DNA of 64,000 nucleotides from an uncultured delta proteobacterium (GCA_963808235.1 CAWEEQ010000004.1:800001-864000); one strand, 5' to 3'. Counted from the stretch's first letter, positions 1-10,838 are shown. Program-made: numbers and translations. The notes: generated by a model from the sequence alone, not told the origin.

Positions 1-551
1 TCGTCCGGATCGAGCCGCCTGATCCCAAGCCGCGCGAGCGAGTAGCCGGAGAACTGATCGGCGGCAAGCTCCTTGTTTTTCACCGGGACGTTGTCCTGGC
101 TGGGAGCGAAGTCGTCGTGCGCGAGATGGCCGATTTCGTGCGCGAAGATCGCATACAGCATCGGACGAACCGCGTCCTGATCGTCGATCCGCATCCACTT
201 TCCCATCAGGCTGTCGAGGAACTCGCGGTTGTAAAAAATGCATCCGCCAGCATGCGCATGAGGCGAGACCGCGCTCACCGATTCATACAGCGGAAAATTA
301 GTTCCCCACATATCGTTGAGCTGCGCGACGATCGACTTGTAGGGTTCCTGCGCCGGGCGCGCGGGCTCGCCGCATGGCTCGACGTTGTTGCCGGCTTTCG
401 CCGCCGGGGCCTCCCTGGTTTCCGCCGGCGCGCTGGTGGTATGCCGCTCGATCACGTGCCAGTCGTCCTGAGCGCGGACCGATTCGGGTAATGCGACACT
501 CGCGACAAACGCAAGTGCAAGTAGCGCCGATATGATGTTCGATCTTCTCAA
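1..551 (-). CDS. Secreted zinc metallopeptidase (M48-like), truncated at window edge
   Basis: Not in the ORF track. Manual translation from TTG at 551: [28 protein letters not shown] (signal peptide) ... AIFAHEIGH (HExxH) ... ELAADQFSG. Start overlaps the ilvD stop. Confidence 0.7.
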   Translation of the reverse strand, partial: MRRSNIISALLALAFVASVALPESVRAQDDWHVIERHTTSAPAETREAPAAKAGNNVEPCGEPARPAQEPYKSIVAQLNDMWGTNFPLYESVSAVSPHAHAGGCIFYNREFLDSLMGKWMRIDDQDAVRPMLYAIFAHEIGHLAHDDFAPSQDNVPVKNKELAADQFSGYSLARLGIRRLDPD

Positions 552-2236
552 TGCGTTACGGCGCCGCGTGAGGACGACGATACCTGGTGCGCATACTTCG
601 CCATCACGCCGCTCTTGTAGTGTGGCTCGGGTGACTTCCAGTCTTTGAGCCGCGCCTTGATCTCCGCATCGGTGAGTTCAACGTCGAGGCGGCGCTTCGC
701 TACGTCGAACGTGATCGTGTCACCGTCGCGAAGCGCCGCGATCGGTCCGCCGACGAATGCCTCAGGCGCGATATGTCCCGCCATCAGACCGTGCGTCGCG
801 CCTGAAAAACGTCCGTCAGTCATCAGCGCCACCGAGTCGCCAAGTCCCTCTCCCACCAGTGCCGCCGTGACGCCGAGCATTTCCGGCATCCCGGGCGCGC
901 CCTTGGGACCCTCGTAGCGAATCACCATCACGTCGCCGGCTTTGATCTGCCGCTTCGAGACCGCTCGGAACGCATCGTCTTCCGAGTTGAACACGCGTGC
1001 GGGCCCCCGGTGCTTCATCAGCTCGTGCCCGGCGACTTTGACCACGCATCCTTCCGGCGCAAGGTTGCCTTTCAGAATCACCAGCCCGCCGGTTTCTTTC
1101 AGGGGATTCTTGAGCGCGCGGACGACCTCTTGTCCCGCCGTTTCGCGCGCGGCGTCGGCCTCTACGCCGATCGTCTTGCCGGTGACTGTCATTTCGTTTT
1201 GATGCAGCAAACCGGCTTCCTTCAGCCGTTTCGCGACGAGCGGAATTCCACCCGCCTTGTACATGTCGGTGGCCATGAAGCGGCCGCCCGGCTTCAGGTC
1301 GGCGAGCAGCGGAGTGCGCGAGCTGATGCGATCGAAATCGTCGATATCCAGCGCGATTCCCGCTTCCGTCGCAATCGCGAGAAGGTGCAGCACCGCATTG
1401 GTCGAGCCGCCGGTCATCGCGACCGCCGCGATCGCATTCTCAATCGCCTTCTTGGTGATTATCTGGCTCGGCCGCAAGTTCCTCTTCAGCAAATCGACCG
1501 CGAGTCGCCCGGCATCGAACGCGCTCTCAGGCTTTTTCGGATCGGTCGCCGGGATACTGTTCGACCCCATCGGTGAGATGCCGAGAAGTTCAGTCGCAGT
1601 CGCCATCGTGTTGGCCGTGAACTGGCCGCCGCATGCGCCAACTCCCGGACACGCAACGTCTTCGAGGCGCTTCAGATCCTCGAGCTTCATCTTGCCGGCC
1701 GAATGCGCGCCGACCGCCTCGAACACATCCTGAATCGAAACGTCCTGATCGCCGAAGCGTCCCGGCTGAATCGATCCGCCGTAGATCATCAGCGAGGGCA
1801 GGTCGAGTCGGAGCAGTGCCATCACCGTCGCGGGGATTGTTTTGTCGCACCCCGACATCGCAACGACGCCGTCGAACAGATGCCCTCGCACAGTGAGTTC
1901 GATCGAGTCCGCGATTACCTCGCGGCTGATCAGCGACGCACGCATTCCATGGGTGCCCATCGAGATTCCGTCGCAAACCGCAATCGTGTTGAACTCTATC
2001 GGCGTCGCGCCGGCGTCGCGAATTCCGCGTTTCACGTGCTCGGCCAAATCGCGCAGATGCGCGGTGCATGGCATGATCTCGATCCACGTATGGGCGACGC
2101 CTATGAGCGGCTTGCTCAAGTCCTCGTCGGTGAAGCCGACCGCTTTGAACATCGCTCGCGCAGGCGCCCGCGAGGGTCCATCGACCAGGATGCTGCTATT
2201 TGATCTCAGCGAATGGTTGTTGTCGTGGTCTGCCAT
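548..2236 (-). CDS. ilvD: Dihydroxy-acid dehydratase
   Basis: Motifs [62 protein letters not shown]. Start moved to ATG 2236 (MADHDNN) to avoid overlap with the GFA gene. Confidence 0.95.
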   Translation of the reverse strand: MADHDNNHSLRSNSSILVDGPSRAPARAMFKAVGFTDEDLSKPLIGVAHTWIEIMPCTAHLRDLAEHVKRGIRDAGATPIEFNTIAVCDGISMGTHGMRASLISREVIADSIELTVRGHLFDGVVAMSGCDKTIPATVMALLRLDLPSLMIYGGSIQPGRFGDQDVSIQDVFEAVGAHSAGKMKLEDLKRLEDVACPGVGACGGQFTANTMATATELLGISPMGSNSIPATDPKKPESAFDAGRLAVDLLKRNLRPSQIITKKAIENAIAAVAMTGGSTNAVLHLLAIATEAGIALDIDDFDRISSRTPLLADLKPGGRFMATDMYKAGGIPLVAKRLKEAGLLHQNEMTVTGKTIGVEADAARETAGQEVVRALKNPLKETGGLVILKGNLAPEGCVVKVAGHELMKHRGPARVFNSEDDAFRAVSKRQIKAGDVMVIRYEGPKGAPGMPEMLGVTAALVGEGLGDSVALMTDGRFSGATHGLMAGHIAPEAFVGGPIAALRDGDTITFDVAKRRLDVELTDAEIKARLKDWKSPEPHYKSGVMAKYAHQVSSSSRGAVTH

Positions 2237-2307
2237 CCTTGCATTTGTATAACAGCGCGCGCTTTCGCGAAATCCCGGCAGAGGCCAGCCCCTGTCGCGC
2301 TTGCCGA

Positions 2308-2781
2308 TCAGCCCTTTGCGGCGAGGTTGTTGCGCAGTCGCGCCTTGCTCTCCGGCGACCACACCTTATCGATGCTATAAGCGGTTTCGAACGCGCGCGC
2401 TCCCTCTGGGAGCCGCAGCCAGGGCACTTTGCTGCGGGTGAAGATGTGCACGTCGGGAGTGACGGCGTCGGGCGTGTCGAGTGTCCCAGCGCGAACGAAA
2501 AGCGCATCGCCGGGCGCGACGTGATAGCGGCTCCATACGTAGGTGCCGCAGTTGTCGCAGAAGAACACCTCGTGATCCTTTCCGGTGCCGCCCTTGAGCG
2601 TGAACGACTTCGGAGTCGCGCCCGTTCTTTCCACGAACTTGCTCTCGATCCATATGTTGATCACAAAGCCGCTGCCGGTAACACGCTGACAATCACGGCA
2701 GTGACAGGCGTGCACAATCAGCGGGCTCGAGGTCAATTTGTATCGGATCGATCCGCAAGAACATCCACCTTCCAGATTCAT
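2308..2781 (-). CDS. GFA family (CENP-V/Gfa) zinc-binding protein
   Basis: [36 protein letters not shown]. Confidence 0.9.
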   Translation of the reverse strand: MNLEGGCSCGSIRYKLTSSPLIVHACHCRDCQRVTGSGFVINIWIESKFVERTGATPKSFTLKGGTGKDHEVFFCDNCGTYVWSRYHVAPGDALFVRAGTLDTPDAVTPDVHIFTRSKVPWLRLPEGARAFETAYSIDKVWSPESKARLRNNLAAKG

Positions 2782-2800
2782 AAGAAATCTCCGTATGAGG

Positions 2801-2839
2801 AAAAAGATTGCCCCGATCGGATGCGCACCGATCGGGGCA
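2801..2839 (-). terminator. Rho-independent terminator after the VOC gene
   Basis: 12-bp perfect stem TGCCCCGATCGG/CCGATCGGGGCA (2809-2839) followed on the minus strand by ATCTTTTT. Confidence 0.7.
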
Positions 2840-2853
2840 GCGCCGTGCGTTAG

Positions 2854-3216
2854 CTATTCTTCCTGATGGCAGACGGCCTCGATGTTGTTGCCGTCGGGAT
2901 CCTTCACGAAACCGCCGTAGTAGTTGGCGTGATACTGGGGCCTGAGGCCGGGCTCTCCATTGTCCTTGCCGCCGGCGGGCAGAGCCGCGCCATAGAATTT
3001 CCTGACACTGGCCCGGTCTTTCGCCGTGAATGCGACATGCACGGATCCCTTTGACTCACCCTTGCTCAGCCATAGGGCAGGTGCGTCTTTGGGTCCGAAG
3101 CCGACCACGCCGTCGTCCTCGTACTGGACGCTGAAGCCCAGGGGAGCCAAAGCGGCCGTGTAGAAACGCTTGCTCGCATTGATGTCCTTCACCTTCAACA
3201 TGATGTGATCAAACAT
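2854..3216 (-). CDS. VOC/glyoxalase family protein
   Basis: MFDHI...SKRFYTAALAPLG...HVAF...DNGEPGLRPQYHANYYGGFVKDPDGNNIEAVCH. Confidence 0.9.
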   Translation of the reverse strand: MFDHIMLKVKDINASKRFYTAALAPLGFSVQYEDDGVVGFGPKDAPALWLSKGESKGSVHVAFTAKDRASVRKFYGAALPAGGKDNGEPGLRPQYHANYYGGFVKDPDGNNIEAVCHQEE

Positions 3217-3264
3217 AACTCTCTCCTTCTCCTTGAATTTTTCGTTCGCAGATCGTTTCTGGTT

Positions 3265-3519
3265 TCAGTGCTGTCCGCGCCATGCAGGCATGTCAGCCAG
3301 CAGATCGCGCGCGAGACGCTTCGCCGCTTCCGGCGTCACTCCCTGGCTCTGCTCGTAGATGCGCGCGTTGCAGTCGAGCACCTGCTCGTATGGCAGCAGC
3401 TCGCCCCGCGCATCGGTGCAGTAGCTGCAGTAGGGACGGGTCACGTCACCGAGCGCGAAGTCCTCGGGCTTCTCCATAGGCATTCCACATGAACCACACG
3501 AGATACATTTTTCGGCCAT
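3265..3519 (-). CDS. Putative zinc-ribbon protein
   Basis: CGSCGMPM and YCSYC pairs, C-terminal MPAW; GGAGG RBS upstream. Confidence 0.8.
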   Translation of the reverse strand: MAEKCISCGSCGMPMEKPEDFALGDVTRPYCSYCTDARGELLPYEQVLDCNARIYEQSQGVTPEAAKRLARDLLADMPAWRGQH

Positions 3520-3534
3520 ATCGTTGCCTCCTTT

Positions 3535-4122
3535 TCAGGGTTTCACCAGCGTCATAAAATGCTGCACCAGAGCCTCTCCATGTTCCGCGATCACCGAGCC
3601 TCCGTTCGCGAACATGTCTCGATTCACCAGGTAATGATGGACCAGGCCGATCCACGTGTTGAACAGCAGCGGCCGCTCAATCTTGCGCGCGCGGCCGAGT
3701 TTGCGTTCCCGCTCCAGCGCCATAAAGAGCCGTTGCGAAATGGCCGCATGAAGCATCAGCAAGGTGCTGCGCACCTTTGGCGGCAGCATCGGCGCTTCGA
3801 TCACCAGGCGCGAGTAGAAGGGCTCGAACTCGGCGAGCACCTTAAGATGCGCTCGCAGCACCGCCCGCAGTCCAAGATCCTTTTCGAGGACCTGGCGAAA
3901 CTCGACTTGCAGCCGGCGCCCGAACTCGTCGATCACGGCGATCACCAGGTCGTCGCGCTTGGGGAAATGAACGAACACGTTGCCGTGCGACATGCGGATC
4001 GACCTGGCGATGTCGGCGGTGGTGGTCTCGGCGATTCCGTTGCGCGCAAATAGCGCCATCGCCGCGTTGACCAGCCGTCCTCGGGTCGCAACCTTCTGTT
4101 CTTGCCGGGTCGCCGCCTGCAT
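3535..4122 (-). CDS. TetR/AcrR family transcriptional regulator
   Basis: N-terminal HTH AAMALFARNGIAETTTADIARSIRMSHGNVFVHFPKRDDL. Confidence 0.9.
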   Translation of the reverse strand: MQAATRQEQKVATRGRLVNAAMALFARNGIAETTTADIARSIRMSHGNVFVHFPKRDDLVIAVIDEFGRRLQVEFRQVLEKDLGLRAVLRAHLKVLAEFEPFYSRLVIEAPMLPPKVRSTLLMLHAAISQRLFMALERERKLGRARKIERPLLFNTWIGLVHHYLVNRDMFANGGSVIAEHGEALVQHFMTLVKP

Positions 4123-4140
4123 CTTCCTTCCCCGGAATAA

Positions 4141-4198
4141 CTGAGTGAAGACTCAGTGAGTCCATACTCACCATACGAGCCGGGCGCTTCTATGTCAA
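4141..4198 (-). promoter_or_regulatory. Sigma70 promoter of the TetR operon with two tandem palindromic operators
   Basis: Minus strand TTGACA (4193-4198), 17-bp spacer, TATGGT (4170-4175). Palindromes CTGAGT-N4-ACTCAG (4141-4156) and GTGAGT-N4-ACTCAC (4156-4171). Confidence 0.75.
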
Positions 4199-4283
4199 GG
4201 GGTCAAACGCCGCCATCCTTTGAGCATTCAGATGATGCTGTTAGAATCTGCCCGACTCGAATGATTTGCTGTCGCAGAACGGC

Positions 4284-4360
4284 GCCCCCTTAGCTCAGAT
4301 GGATAGAGCACAGGATTCCTAATCCTGGGGCCGTGGGTTCGAATCCCGCAGGGGGCACCA
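4284..4360 (+). tRNA. tRNA-Arg (anticodon CCT)
   Basis: Acceptor GCCCCCT/AGGGGGC plus ACCA, D arm TAGCTCAGATGGATAGAGC, anticodon arm CAGGA-TTCCTAA-TCCTG, T loop GGTTCGAATCC. Confidence 0.97.
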
Positions 4361-4387
4361 GGTTTTTCGCGACAGCAGGCAGCGGCG

Positions 4388-4840
4388 TTAAACAGACCCC
4401 GCCGGCGCAACCGTTCCGCGTATTACCAGCACCGGGCAGGCAGCTTCCCGAATGACATGCTCAGTGACGCTTCCCAGAACGAAATGTCCGAGGCCCTTGC
4501 GCCCATGCGTAGCCATCACGATCAAGTCCACGCCGAGCTCCTGAGCAGCCCGCACGATATCAGTATCAGGCACGCCCGTTCTGACATCGATCACATATTT
4601 CACAGCGGCCTTCACGGTCTTTCGGACTATTCGCGCGAGCCTCGCTTTCGCTTCCTTCTCCCACCGTGGCTCGGCGTCAAATGGTAGTGGCACGTCCATA
4701 TCCTGGGTAGGCACTCTGGCAATGTGCAGTATGTAGAGAGTGGCATTGCTTTCTTTTGCGAGCGAGGTCGCCAAAGACAACGCAACGGTCGTATTTTCAT
4801 CGAATTCGAAGGCACATAATATCTTGCTGTAATTCAGCAT
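4388..4840 (-). CDS. Universal stress protein
   Basis: KILCAFEF...DLIVMATHGRKGLGHFVLGSVTEHVIREAACPVLVI. Confidence 0.92.
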   Translation of the reverse strand: MLNYSKILCAFEFDENTTVALSLATSLAKESNATLYILHIARVPTQDMDVPLPFDAEPRWEKEAKARLARIVRKTVKAAVKYVIDVRTGVPDTDIVRAAQELGVDLIVMATHGRKGLGHFVLGSVTEHVIREAACPVLVIRGTVAPAGSV

Positions 4841-4875
4841 AGGTTCGGATTCGCCATTCCGGGCGGAAGCCGCCG

Positions 4876-6408
4876 CTAGAATTCCGCGAGCGATCGACCG
4901 GCCGCTCTATCGACCGCTGCCTTGGTCATGGAAAATCCGTAGAGGGCATCGGCGTACGCAGCATCGTCAAAAGTGTAGCTGCGCTGCGCATCTTCCAGTT
5001 CGATAATGCTTGTCAGGCCTGCTTCATAGCGCTTCTCCGCGAGTTCCAGTTCCGCATGTGAAGCAGCAAGCGTCCTTTCCGCGCGGGAGATGCGCTGAAG
5101 AGAAGCCTGCCAATTGAGAAACGCAGTACGGACCTGCAAGTTTATTTCTTGCCGCAGATCTTCGATCGCGCGCAGGATCGCGTGTTGCCGAAACCTCGTC
5201 TCCGCAATCTGGTCGGTAGTTAGAAAGCTGTTGAAGATTGGCCATGTGATCACGATCCCGACATTGAAATTATTCGCGGCAGGAGTTCCGGTCCCGAGCG
5301 CTGAGTAACCGCCCACCGCACTGGCGGTGGGATAGTAGTCACTCTGATACTCGACGATTTTCGCACCCATGGCTTTCGCCTGATCCTGCAGCGCCTTCAA
5401 ATCCGGTCTGGTTCGAAAAGCCGCGTCAAGCAACCCATTTAATGAGTCGTTGATCGGATGGTAGGTCAGGATGTCTGCTGGTTCAAACGCGGGTGCCGAG
5501 TCACTGAGACCCAGAGCATTGTCCAGCGCAACCTTTGCGTCTTCGTCATCATTACGGGCGTCGACGAGATGCAATTGAGCTCGCTCAACTTCGGCTTGCG
5601 TAACATAAGTATCGAGCTGTGGGCGCAGACCGGCGTTAGCCTTAACCTGAGCCTCGTGCAGATGATATTGACGCTGCTCCAGTGCCTTCTCGTAAACCTC
5701 GATCAGTCGTTTCGCTTGCAGCAACGCGAAGTATCGTTGCGAGACCTCGAAGATCAAATCAAGCTCAGTGAGCTGCTGATCGGCAGCCACGGCAGCAGCT
5801 TCAAACTGTCGCTCCGAAACAAATCCATGTCGGCGGCCGAAATCGACAAGAAACTGGGAGAGGCTCACGCCTCCCATGTAGTTATTGCTGGTGTCCCAAC
5901 CTTGCGAAGTATCATTCGCCGGGAGGTTGTGATTGGTTCCACTTATTCGCGGAAACGCTCCGTCCGGATTGTAGTAGCTCGCATTGCCGATGCCATTGTC
6001 GGTGCTGCGCAAATATTGCGCGGCACCAAATAGTTGCGGACCCAGGTACGATCGCGCCTGGCCGATTTGCTCCTGAGCGGCGCTGGTGTTGTCCGCCGCT
6101 TCCTGGAGTCTCGGGTGATATTTCAGAGCGATCGCGATTGCTTCCTTGAGTGTCAATTGCGAGCCCGGCAGAATTGGTCCGGCGCTTGAGCCGGTCGGCT
6201 CGGATCGGGCCGTTTGGCTGGAAGTTGACGAGTTGATAGTTGACGCCGTCCCTAGCGACCAGCTGGTTCCTGGCCCCGGCGTTCCCGTAGCCGACGCCGC
6301 AGTTTGCGTTTCACCGAGTAGTACCTCCGCGGGGCCCGCGGCGTTAGCGACGCCATGAGCTGAGAGAAGGAGGTATGCGACAAGAAGCAGGATTCGCGAA
6401 GATTCCAT
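4876..6408 (-). CDS. TolC family outer membrane efflux protein
   Basis: Signal peptide, LTLKEAIAIALKYHP, OEP repeats, RYEAGLTSIIELEDAQ; last gene of the RND triad. Confidence 0.9.
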   Translation of the reverse strand: MESSRILLLVAYLLLSAHGVANAAGPAEVLLGETQTAASATGTPGPGTSWSLGTASTINSSTSSQTARSEPTGSSAGPILPGSQLTLKEAIAIALKYHPRLQEAADNTSAAQEQIGQARSYLGPQLFGAAQYLRSTDNGIGNASYYNPDGAFPRISGTNHNLPANDTSQGWDTSNNYMGGVSLSQFLVDFGRRHGFVSERQFEAAAVAADQQLTELDLIFEVSQRYFALLQAKRLIEVYEKALEQRQYHLHEAQVKANAGLRPQLDTYVTQAEVERAQLHLVDARNDDEDAKVALDNALGLSDSAPAFEPADILTYHPINDSLNGLLDAAFRTRPDLKALQDQAKAMGAKIVEYQSDYYPTASAVGGYSALGTGTPAANNFNVGIVITWPIFNSFLTTDQIAETRFRQHAILRAIEDLRQEINLQVRTAFLNWQASLQRISRAERTLAASHAELELAEKRYEAGLTSIIELEDAQRSYTFDDAAYADALYGFSMTKAAVDRAAGRSLAEF

Positions 6409-6468
6409 TGTTAGCTCACCCGCCTGTTCGGCGATCTATTTCGTGTTGACCCCCTTGGCTAGTTCAGA

Positions 6469-7677
6469 TCAGTCGGAGCTTTGAACTGGCGCCGACTTAG
6501 TCTGCACATCCCGGTTCTCTATCCTACAATCAACTGGGACTCCCGGAGTGAGAGTGCTGCTATAGGTCGTCACTACCAGCGACTTCGCCGACACCCCCGA
6601 GGTTACCTCTACATAAGCGCCGTTGTTGATCCCCGTTTTAGCCGGAACTTCGGCAAGACGGCCGTTGTCTACAATCAATAGGCGCGCTGAGCCTCCCGAT
6701 CCCTGAATCGCTGAGGCCGGTACACTCAGAGCGTCAGGATGCCGGATCAGTTCGATGCTGACGTGCGCATAGCTTCTCGGATAGATCAGGCGGTTCGGAT
6801 TATCTATGTCGACCTCAGTCAGCATTGTGCGAGTTGCGAGATCGAGCGACGACGCATACCTGGCGACGATGCCATTGAAGACTCGGCCAGGAAATTCGTC
6901 GAAGTGCAGCATCGCCGGGGTGCCACGATGGATGAACGGATATGAAGCCTCCGGAACGTAGATATAGACTCGTAATTTATCTATGTCGGCGAGCGTCAGG
7001 ATCGGGCCGCCACCCTCGCGATGCCCTCCGGCGCCCTCAGTAGCTCCTGGGGAAATCAACCCCGAGGTTTCGTCAACTCCAAGGTCACCGCCGCCGGCGC
7101 GGATCAGAGCCCCGGGATCGGCGAATCGCCCAGTGATTACTCCATCGAAGGGCGCGATGATTTTTGTATATGAGAACATAGTCTGCAGGGTTGCAACCGC
7201 GGCTTGAGCCTCACGATACTTGGCATAAGCCATGTCGACGTCTTGCTGCGATATCAGCCGTGAGTCACTCTGCTGGACCTTCTTCAAACGATCATAAGTT
7301 ATGCGCTCGATTTCGAGGCTAGCCTGCGAGCGCGTTAGGTTCGATTGCAGTTCCGGTACTTCGATTTCGGCCAGCACCTGACCGGTCTTGACCGAGTCGC
7401 CCTTGTCCACGCTGATACTCTTCAAGTATCCGGTGACTTTCGAATGAAGAGCAGCCTCGTAGAAGCCCACAACGTCGCCTGGGAGTTCGATACTTTTGTC
7501 TATTTCTCCACGGCGTGGATATACAACGTTCACTATCGGTCGTTGAGTCGTAGTCATGGGCGTGACAGGCGTGTCGCAGCCGCTCGTGCATAAAACGACG
7601 ATCGATAAGATAGTCGTTACTGCCCAGCCTAAACCCCTCACTGTCGTTTGCTCCCCGGGAACTAGTAGCATGGACAT
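6469..7677 (-). CDS. RND efflux periplasmic adaptor (MFP)
   Basis: KVTGYLKSISVDKGDSVKTGQVLAEI, IIAPFDGVIT, ATRTMLTEVDIDN. Confidence 0.9.
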   Translation of the reverse strand: MSMLLVPGEQTTVRGLGWAVTTILSIVVLCTSGCDTPVTPMTTTQRPIVNVVYPRRGEIDKSIELPGDVVGFYEAALHSKVTGYLKSISVDKGDSVKTGQVLAEIEVPELQSNLTRSQASLEIERITYDRLKKVQQSDSRLISQQDVDMAYAKYREAQAAVATLQTMFSYTKIIAPFDGVITGRFADPGALIRAGGGDLGVDETSGLISPGATEGAGGHREGGGPILTLADIDKLRVYIYVPEASYPFIHRGTPAMLHFDEFPGRVFNGIVARYASSLDLATRTMLTEVDIDNPNRLIYPRSYAHVSIELIRHPDALSVPASAIQGSGGSARLLIVDNGRLAEVPAKTGINNGAYVEVTSGVSAKSLVVTTYSSTLTPGVPVDCRIENRDVQTKSAPVQSSD

Positions 7678-10600
7678 CAGCCTCGGTCCTCATTCGGCGT
7701 CTGCACGGCCGCTGCCCGTTCGATCCGCCGATAGAAGAACTCGTAAATGCAAGGGACGAGAAACAATGTAAGTACGGTGGACACCGCAAGACCGCCCACC
7801 GCGGCCCTTGCCAGGGGAGCCGAAGCTTCTGATCCCTCGCCGAGCTTCAACGCGATCGGCATAAGACCAGCCACCGTGGCCAAGGCGGTCATCAGGATTG
7901 GCCGCATTCTTATGCGGGCGGAATCGATCGCCGCGCGTCTTAGCTCATGTCCCTGGCGGCGTCGTTCATTGGCGAAGTCGACGAGCAAAATCGAATTCGA
8001 CACAACGATACCGACCATCACGATGATCCCCATGAACGATTCTATGTTGAGTGTGGTTCCTGTCGCCCACAACGTCCAGATGACGCCTATCAATCCCATC
8101 GGGACCGCGAACATGATGATGAAGGGGTCCAGGAAAGACCGAAATTGAGCCACCATCACCAGGTAAAGTAGAACGACCGCCAGCGAGAGACCGAAGCCGA
8201 AGCTCGAGAAAGATTTCTGCATCGAGCTTACGGCGCCGCGGTACCTGACGGAGACGCCCGGAGGGAGAGTCATCTTGCTCACCTCGCGCTGGATTTTCTC
8301 CTGCGTGCCACCCAGATCCTGGGTGCTGGGTGCGACGAGCAGATCGACAATCCGCTGAATGCTGTAATGATCTGCTTCGGAAGGGTGGGATTCGGGAGCA
8401 ATAGACGCCACATCACGCAGCAAAAGGCTCTGCGCGTGTCCCGTTTCCTTGTTCACAGTCTCGATAGGGATGTTTTGCAGCACCTCCAGAGAATCAAAGC
8501 CATTCTGGGCGCCTAGGTACTGCACCGTCAGAAAGTAGTCGTCCTTGTTTGCGCGATCGATCCAGATCGATGGTTTAATGTACAGGTTTGAATCGAGCGC
8601 GGTGATGACGTTCTGAATGACTTCCTGCTGCGCTACGCCCAAACGCGCCGCTCTCACGCGGTCGACCTTGATGTTTAGTGTCGGATAGTCCAATTCCTGG
8701 GCGATGAAGCTCTGCGAAACTTGAGAGAGGGCGTTGATTCTCGCTTGAAGTTCCTTCGCCGCATTATGCAACTCGGTAAAGCTACTACCGGCAAATTCGA
8801 CATCGATGGGAGCTATCTTCCCGAGATTGAGAACGGAGTCGATTATGCTGCCTGAGGAAAACAGGGTACGGGCGTTCGGCAGTTGTATAGGGAGCAGTTG
8901 CTTCAACCGGGCTACATAGTATTGGGTCGGATGTCGGTGACCGGACTTGAGCGCCACCTGCATGAAACCTGAATCCTGGGCCGAGTTAGGCGAGTAAATC
9001 GCCGATATGCTGGGGGCAATTCCGATATTCGAAACGACCATGTCGAGCTCGTCCGGCGGAATCACCTTTCTGACAAGGTCTTCGATTCGACGCGCCATAT
9101 CGGTGGTCAGTTCAATACGAGTACCGGCTGGCGCGCGAAAATTGATCGTGAACATTCCCGCATCGGTCTCCGGAAACAACTCGGTACCGAGACGTGGATA
9201 CATCGCGAGACTTACGACGAACAGAATCGTAACCCCCACGATGACCACAGACTTGTGGTCCAGCGCATTTTCAAGAAGACGCTCGTAAGCGGAGGCAAAG
9301 CGCTCATACGCGCGATTGAAGATCGCGAACACCCCGGAAGATTCGCCGTGCTCCGCCGCGAGCGCCTGTTCGCGGGTGAGAAAACGAGCACAGTAGATCG
9401 GTATTACGCTCATCGCGACCAGATACGACGCGGCCATCGATAGCACCACCGCCAGCGCCAGCGCACTAAACAGGTACTTCGAGACTCCAAACAGAAACAT
9501 GACCGGGAAGAAGACGATGCAGGTGGTAACGGTCGACGCCAGAACCGGTAGCGCGACCTCCTCGGCCCCATCACGTGCTGCAGCGTGCGGTTCCTTGCCT
9601 TCGGCAAGATGACGGTTGATGTTCTCGAGGACAACCACCGAGTCATCGACTAGTCGGCCGATCGCAAGCGCGAAGCCTCCAAGGGTCATGATGTTCAGCG
9701 TCGAGCCATTGAAGTATAGACCGAATGCCCCTGCCAGAATGGAAAGTGGAATCGAAAGAAAAATCGCAAAGGTCGATCGGAAGCTGCCGAGAAATATAAG
9801 AATCATGAGCGAGGCCAGAACTGCACCGGATATGGCCTCATGTTCGAGACTATCTACCGCCTGTCTGACGTAGATGGACTGGTCTAGTATGGTCTTCAGT
9901 TTCATCCCGGCTGGCAGGCCGAAAACGTTTGGAATCAGTTGCTTGACGCCATCCACCACCGAAATGGTATTGGCGCCGGCTTGGCGAAGAACCGGGATGT
10001 ATACCGACGGTTGCCCGTTAATCAGCACCGTATTGTATTGAATCTGAGCAGAGTCTGTGACCTTACCGACATCATCCATCAGCACGGGGGCCTGACCACG
10101 TCCTATCTTCACTGGCACCTGGTTAATATCGGGCACCTTTTCGATCAAGCTGTTCGAATAGATGTAGTAATCCTTGGATCCGATCTTGACGTCGCCTGCG
10201 GGCAAGATGACGTTGGACGTGTCGAGCGCACTGACAACGTCCATTAGCGACAGGCCACGCGCTTGCAGCGCTTGCGGATTTGCGTATGCCATCACCTGTC
10301 GAAACTTGCCGCCGAAGGGAATCGGTACCGACGCGCCCGGCACCGTCGCCAGCTGATTGCGAACGTTGTAGCGGGCTTGATCCTCGAGTTGCGTCTCGTT
10401 GTAACCTTTACCTCCGAGCGTGACCAACACCACCGGCAGAGATGATGCGTCGTACTGCAGCACCAGCGGCGGGAGCGTCCCCGGCGGCAGAACCCCGAGA
10501 TCGGCCTCCGCCAAGGTTCCCATCTGCGCGGCGGCAGCCGCAACGTCGGTGCCCGGCTGAAAGAACACTTTGATGATGCTCACACCCGACAGCGAACGCG

Positions 10601-10838
10601 ACTCGATATGCTCAATGTTGCTGCCCAACGTAAAGAATCGCTCGTAGCGAAAGGTGATGTTGTCTTCCATGTCGAGCGGCGGCATGCCCTGGTAAAAGGT
10701 AGCCACCACAACCGCTGGGATTTTAATGTCCGGAAAGATGTCCACCGGCATCTGCGTAAACGCCGTTGCACCCAGAATCACGATGATCAGCGCTCCGACA
10801 ATGATTAGGTACGGATTGCGCAGCGAGAAACTTGGCAC
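7677..10838 (-). CDS. RND efflux permease (AcrB/CusA-like family)
   Basis: 1053 aa; LNIMTLGGFALAIGRLVDDSVVVLENI, RMRPILMTALAT, PLARAAVGGL. Confidence 0.95.
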   Translation of the reverse strand: MPSFSLRNPYLIIVGALIIVILGATAFTQMPVDIFPDIKIPAVVVATFYQGMPPLDMEDNITFRYERFFTLGSNIEHIESRSLSGVSIIKVFFQPGTDVAAAAAQMGTLAEADLGVLPPGTLPPLVLQYDASSLPVVLVTLGGKGYNETQLEDQARYNVRNQLATVPGASVPIPFGGKFRQVMAYANPQALQARGLSLMDVVSALDTSNVILPAGDVKIGSKDYYIYSNSLIEKVPDINQVPVKIGRGQAPVLMDDVGKVTDSAQIQYNTVLINGQPSVYIPVLRQAGANTISVVDGVKQLIPNVFGLPAGMKLKTILDQSIYVRQAVDSLEHEAISGAVLASLMILIFLGSFRSTFAIFLSIPLSILAGAFGLYFNGSTLNIMTLGGFALAIGRLVDDSVVVLENINRHLAEGKEPHAAARDGAEEVALPVLASTVTTCIVFFPVMFLFGVSKYLFSALALAVVLSMAASYLVAMSVIPIYCARFLTREQALAAEHGESSGVFAIFNRAYERFASAYERLLENALDHKSVVIVGVTILFVVSLAMYPRLGTELFPETDAGMFTINFRAPAGTRIELTTDMARRIEDLVRKVIPPDELDMVVSNIGIAPSISAIYSPNSAQDSGFMQVALKSGHRHPTQYYVARLKQLLPIQLPNARTLFSSGSIIDSVLNLGKIAPIDVEFAGSSFTELHNAAKELQARINALSQVSQSFIAQELDYPTLNIKVDRVRAARLGVAQQEVIQNVITALDSNLYIKPSIWIDRANKDDYFLTVQYLGAQNGFDSLEVLQNIPIETVNKETGHAQSLLLRDVASIAPESHPSEADHYSIQRIVDLLVAPSTQDLGGTQEKIQREVSKMTLPPGVSVRYRGAVSSMQKSFSSFGFGLSLAVVLLYLVMVAQFRSFLDPFIIMFAVPMGLIGVIWTLWATGTTLNIESFMGIIVMVGIVVSNSILLVDFANERRRQGHELRRAAIDSARIRMRPILMTALATVAGLMPIALKLGEGSEASAPLARAAVGGLAVSTVLTLFLVPCIYEFFYRRIERAAAVQTPNEDRG

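Noticed and set aside
117-491. 124-aa plus-strand ORF
   Set aside because: Shadow of the minus-strand peptidase, which has a signal peptide and HExxH motif.
2237-2362. N-terminal extension of ilvD in the ORF track
   Set aside because: Overlaps the GFA gene and has no IlvD character; ATG 2236 fits better.
4228-4410. 60-aa minus-strand ORF
   Set aside because: Antisense to tRNA-Arg; the translation is a typical tRNA shadow.
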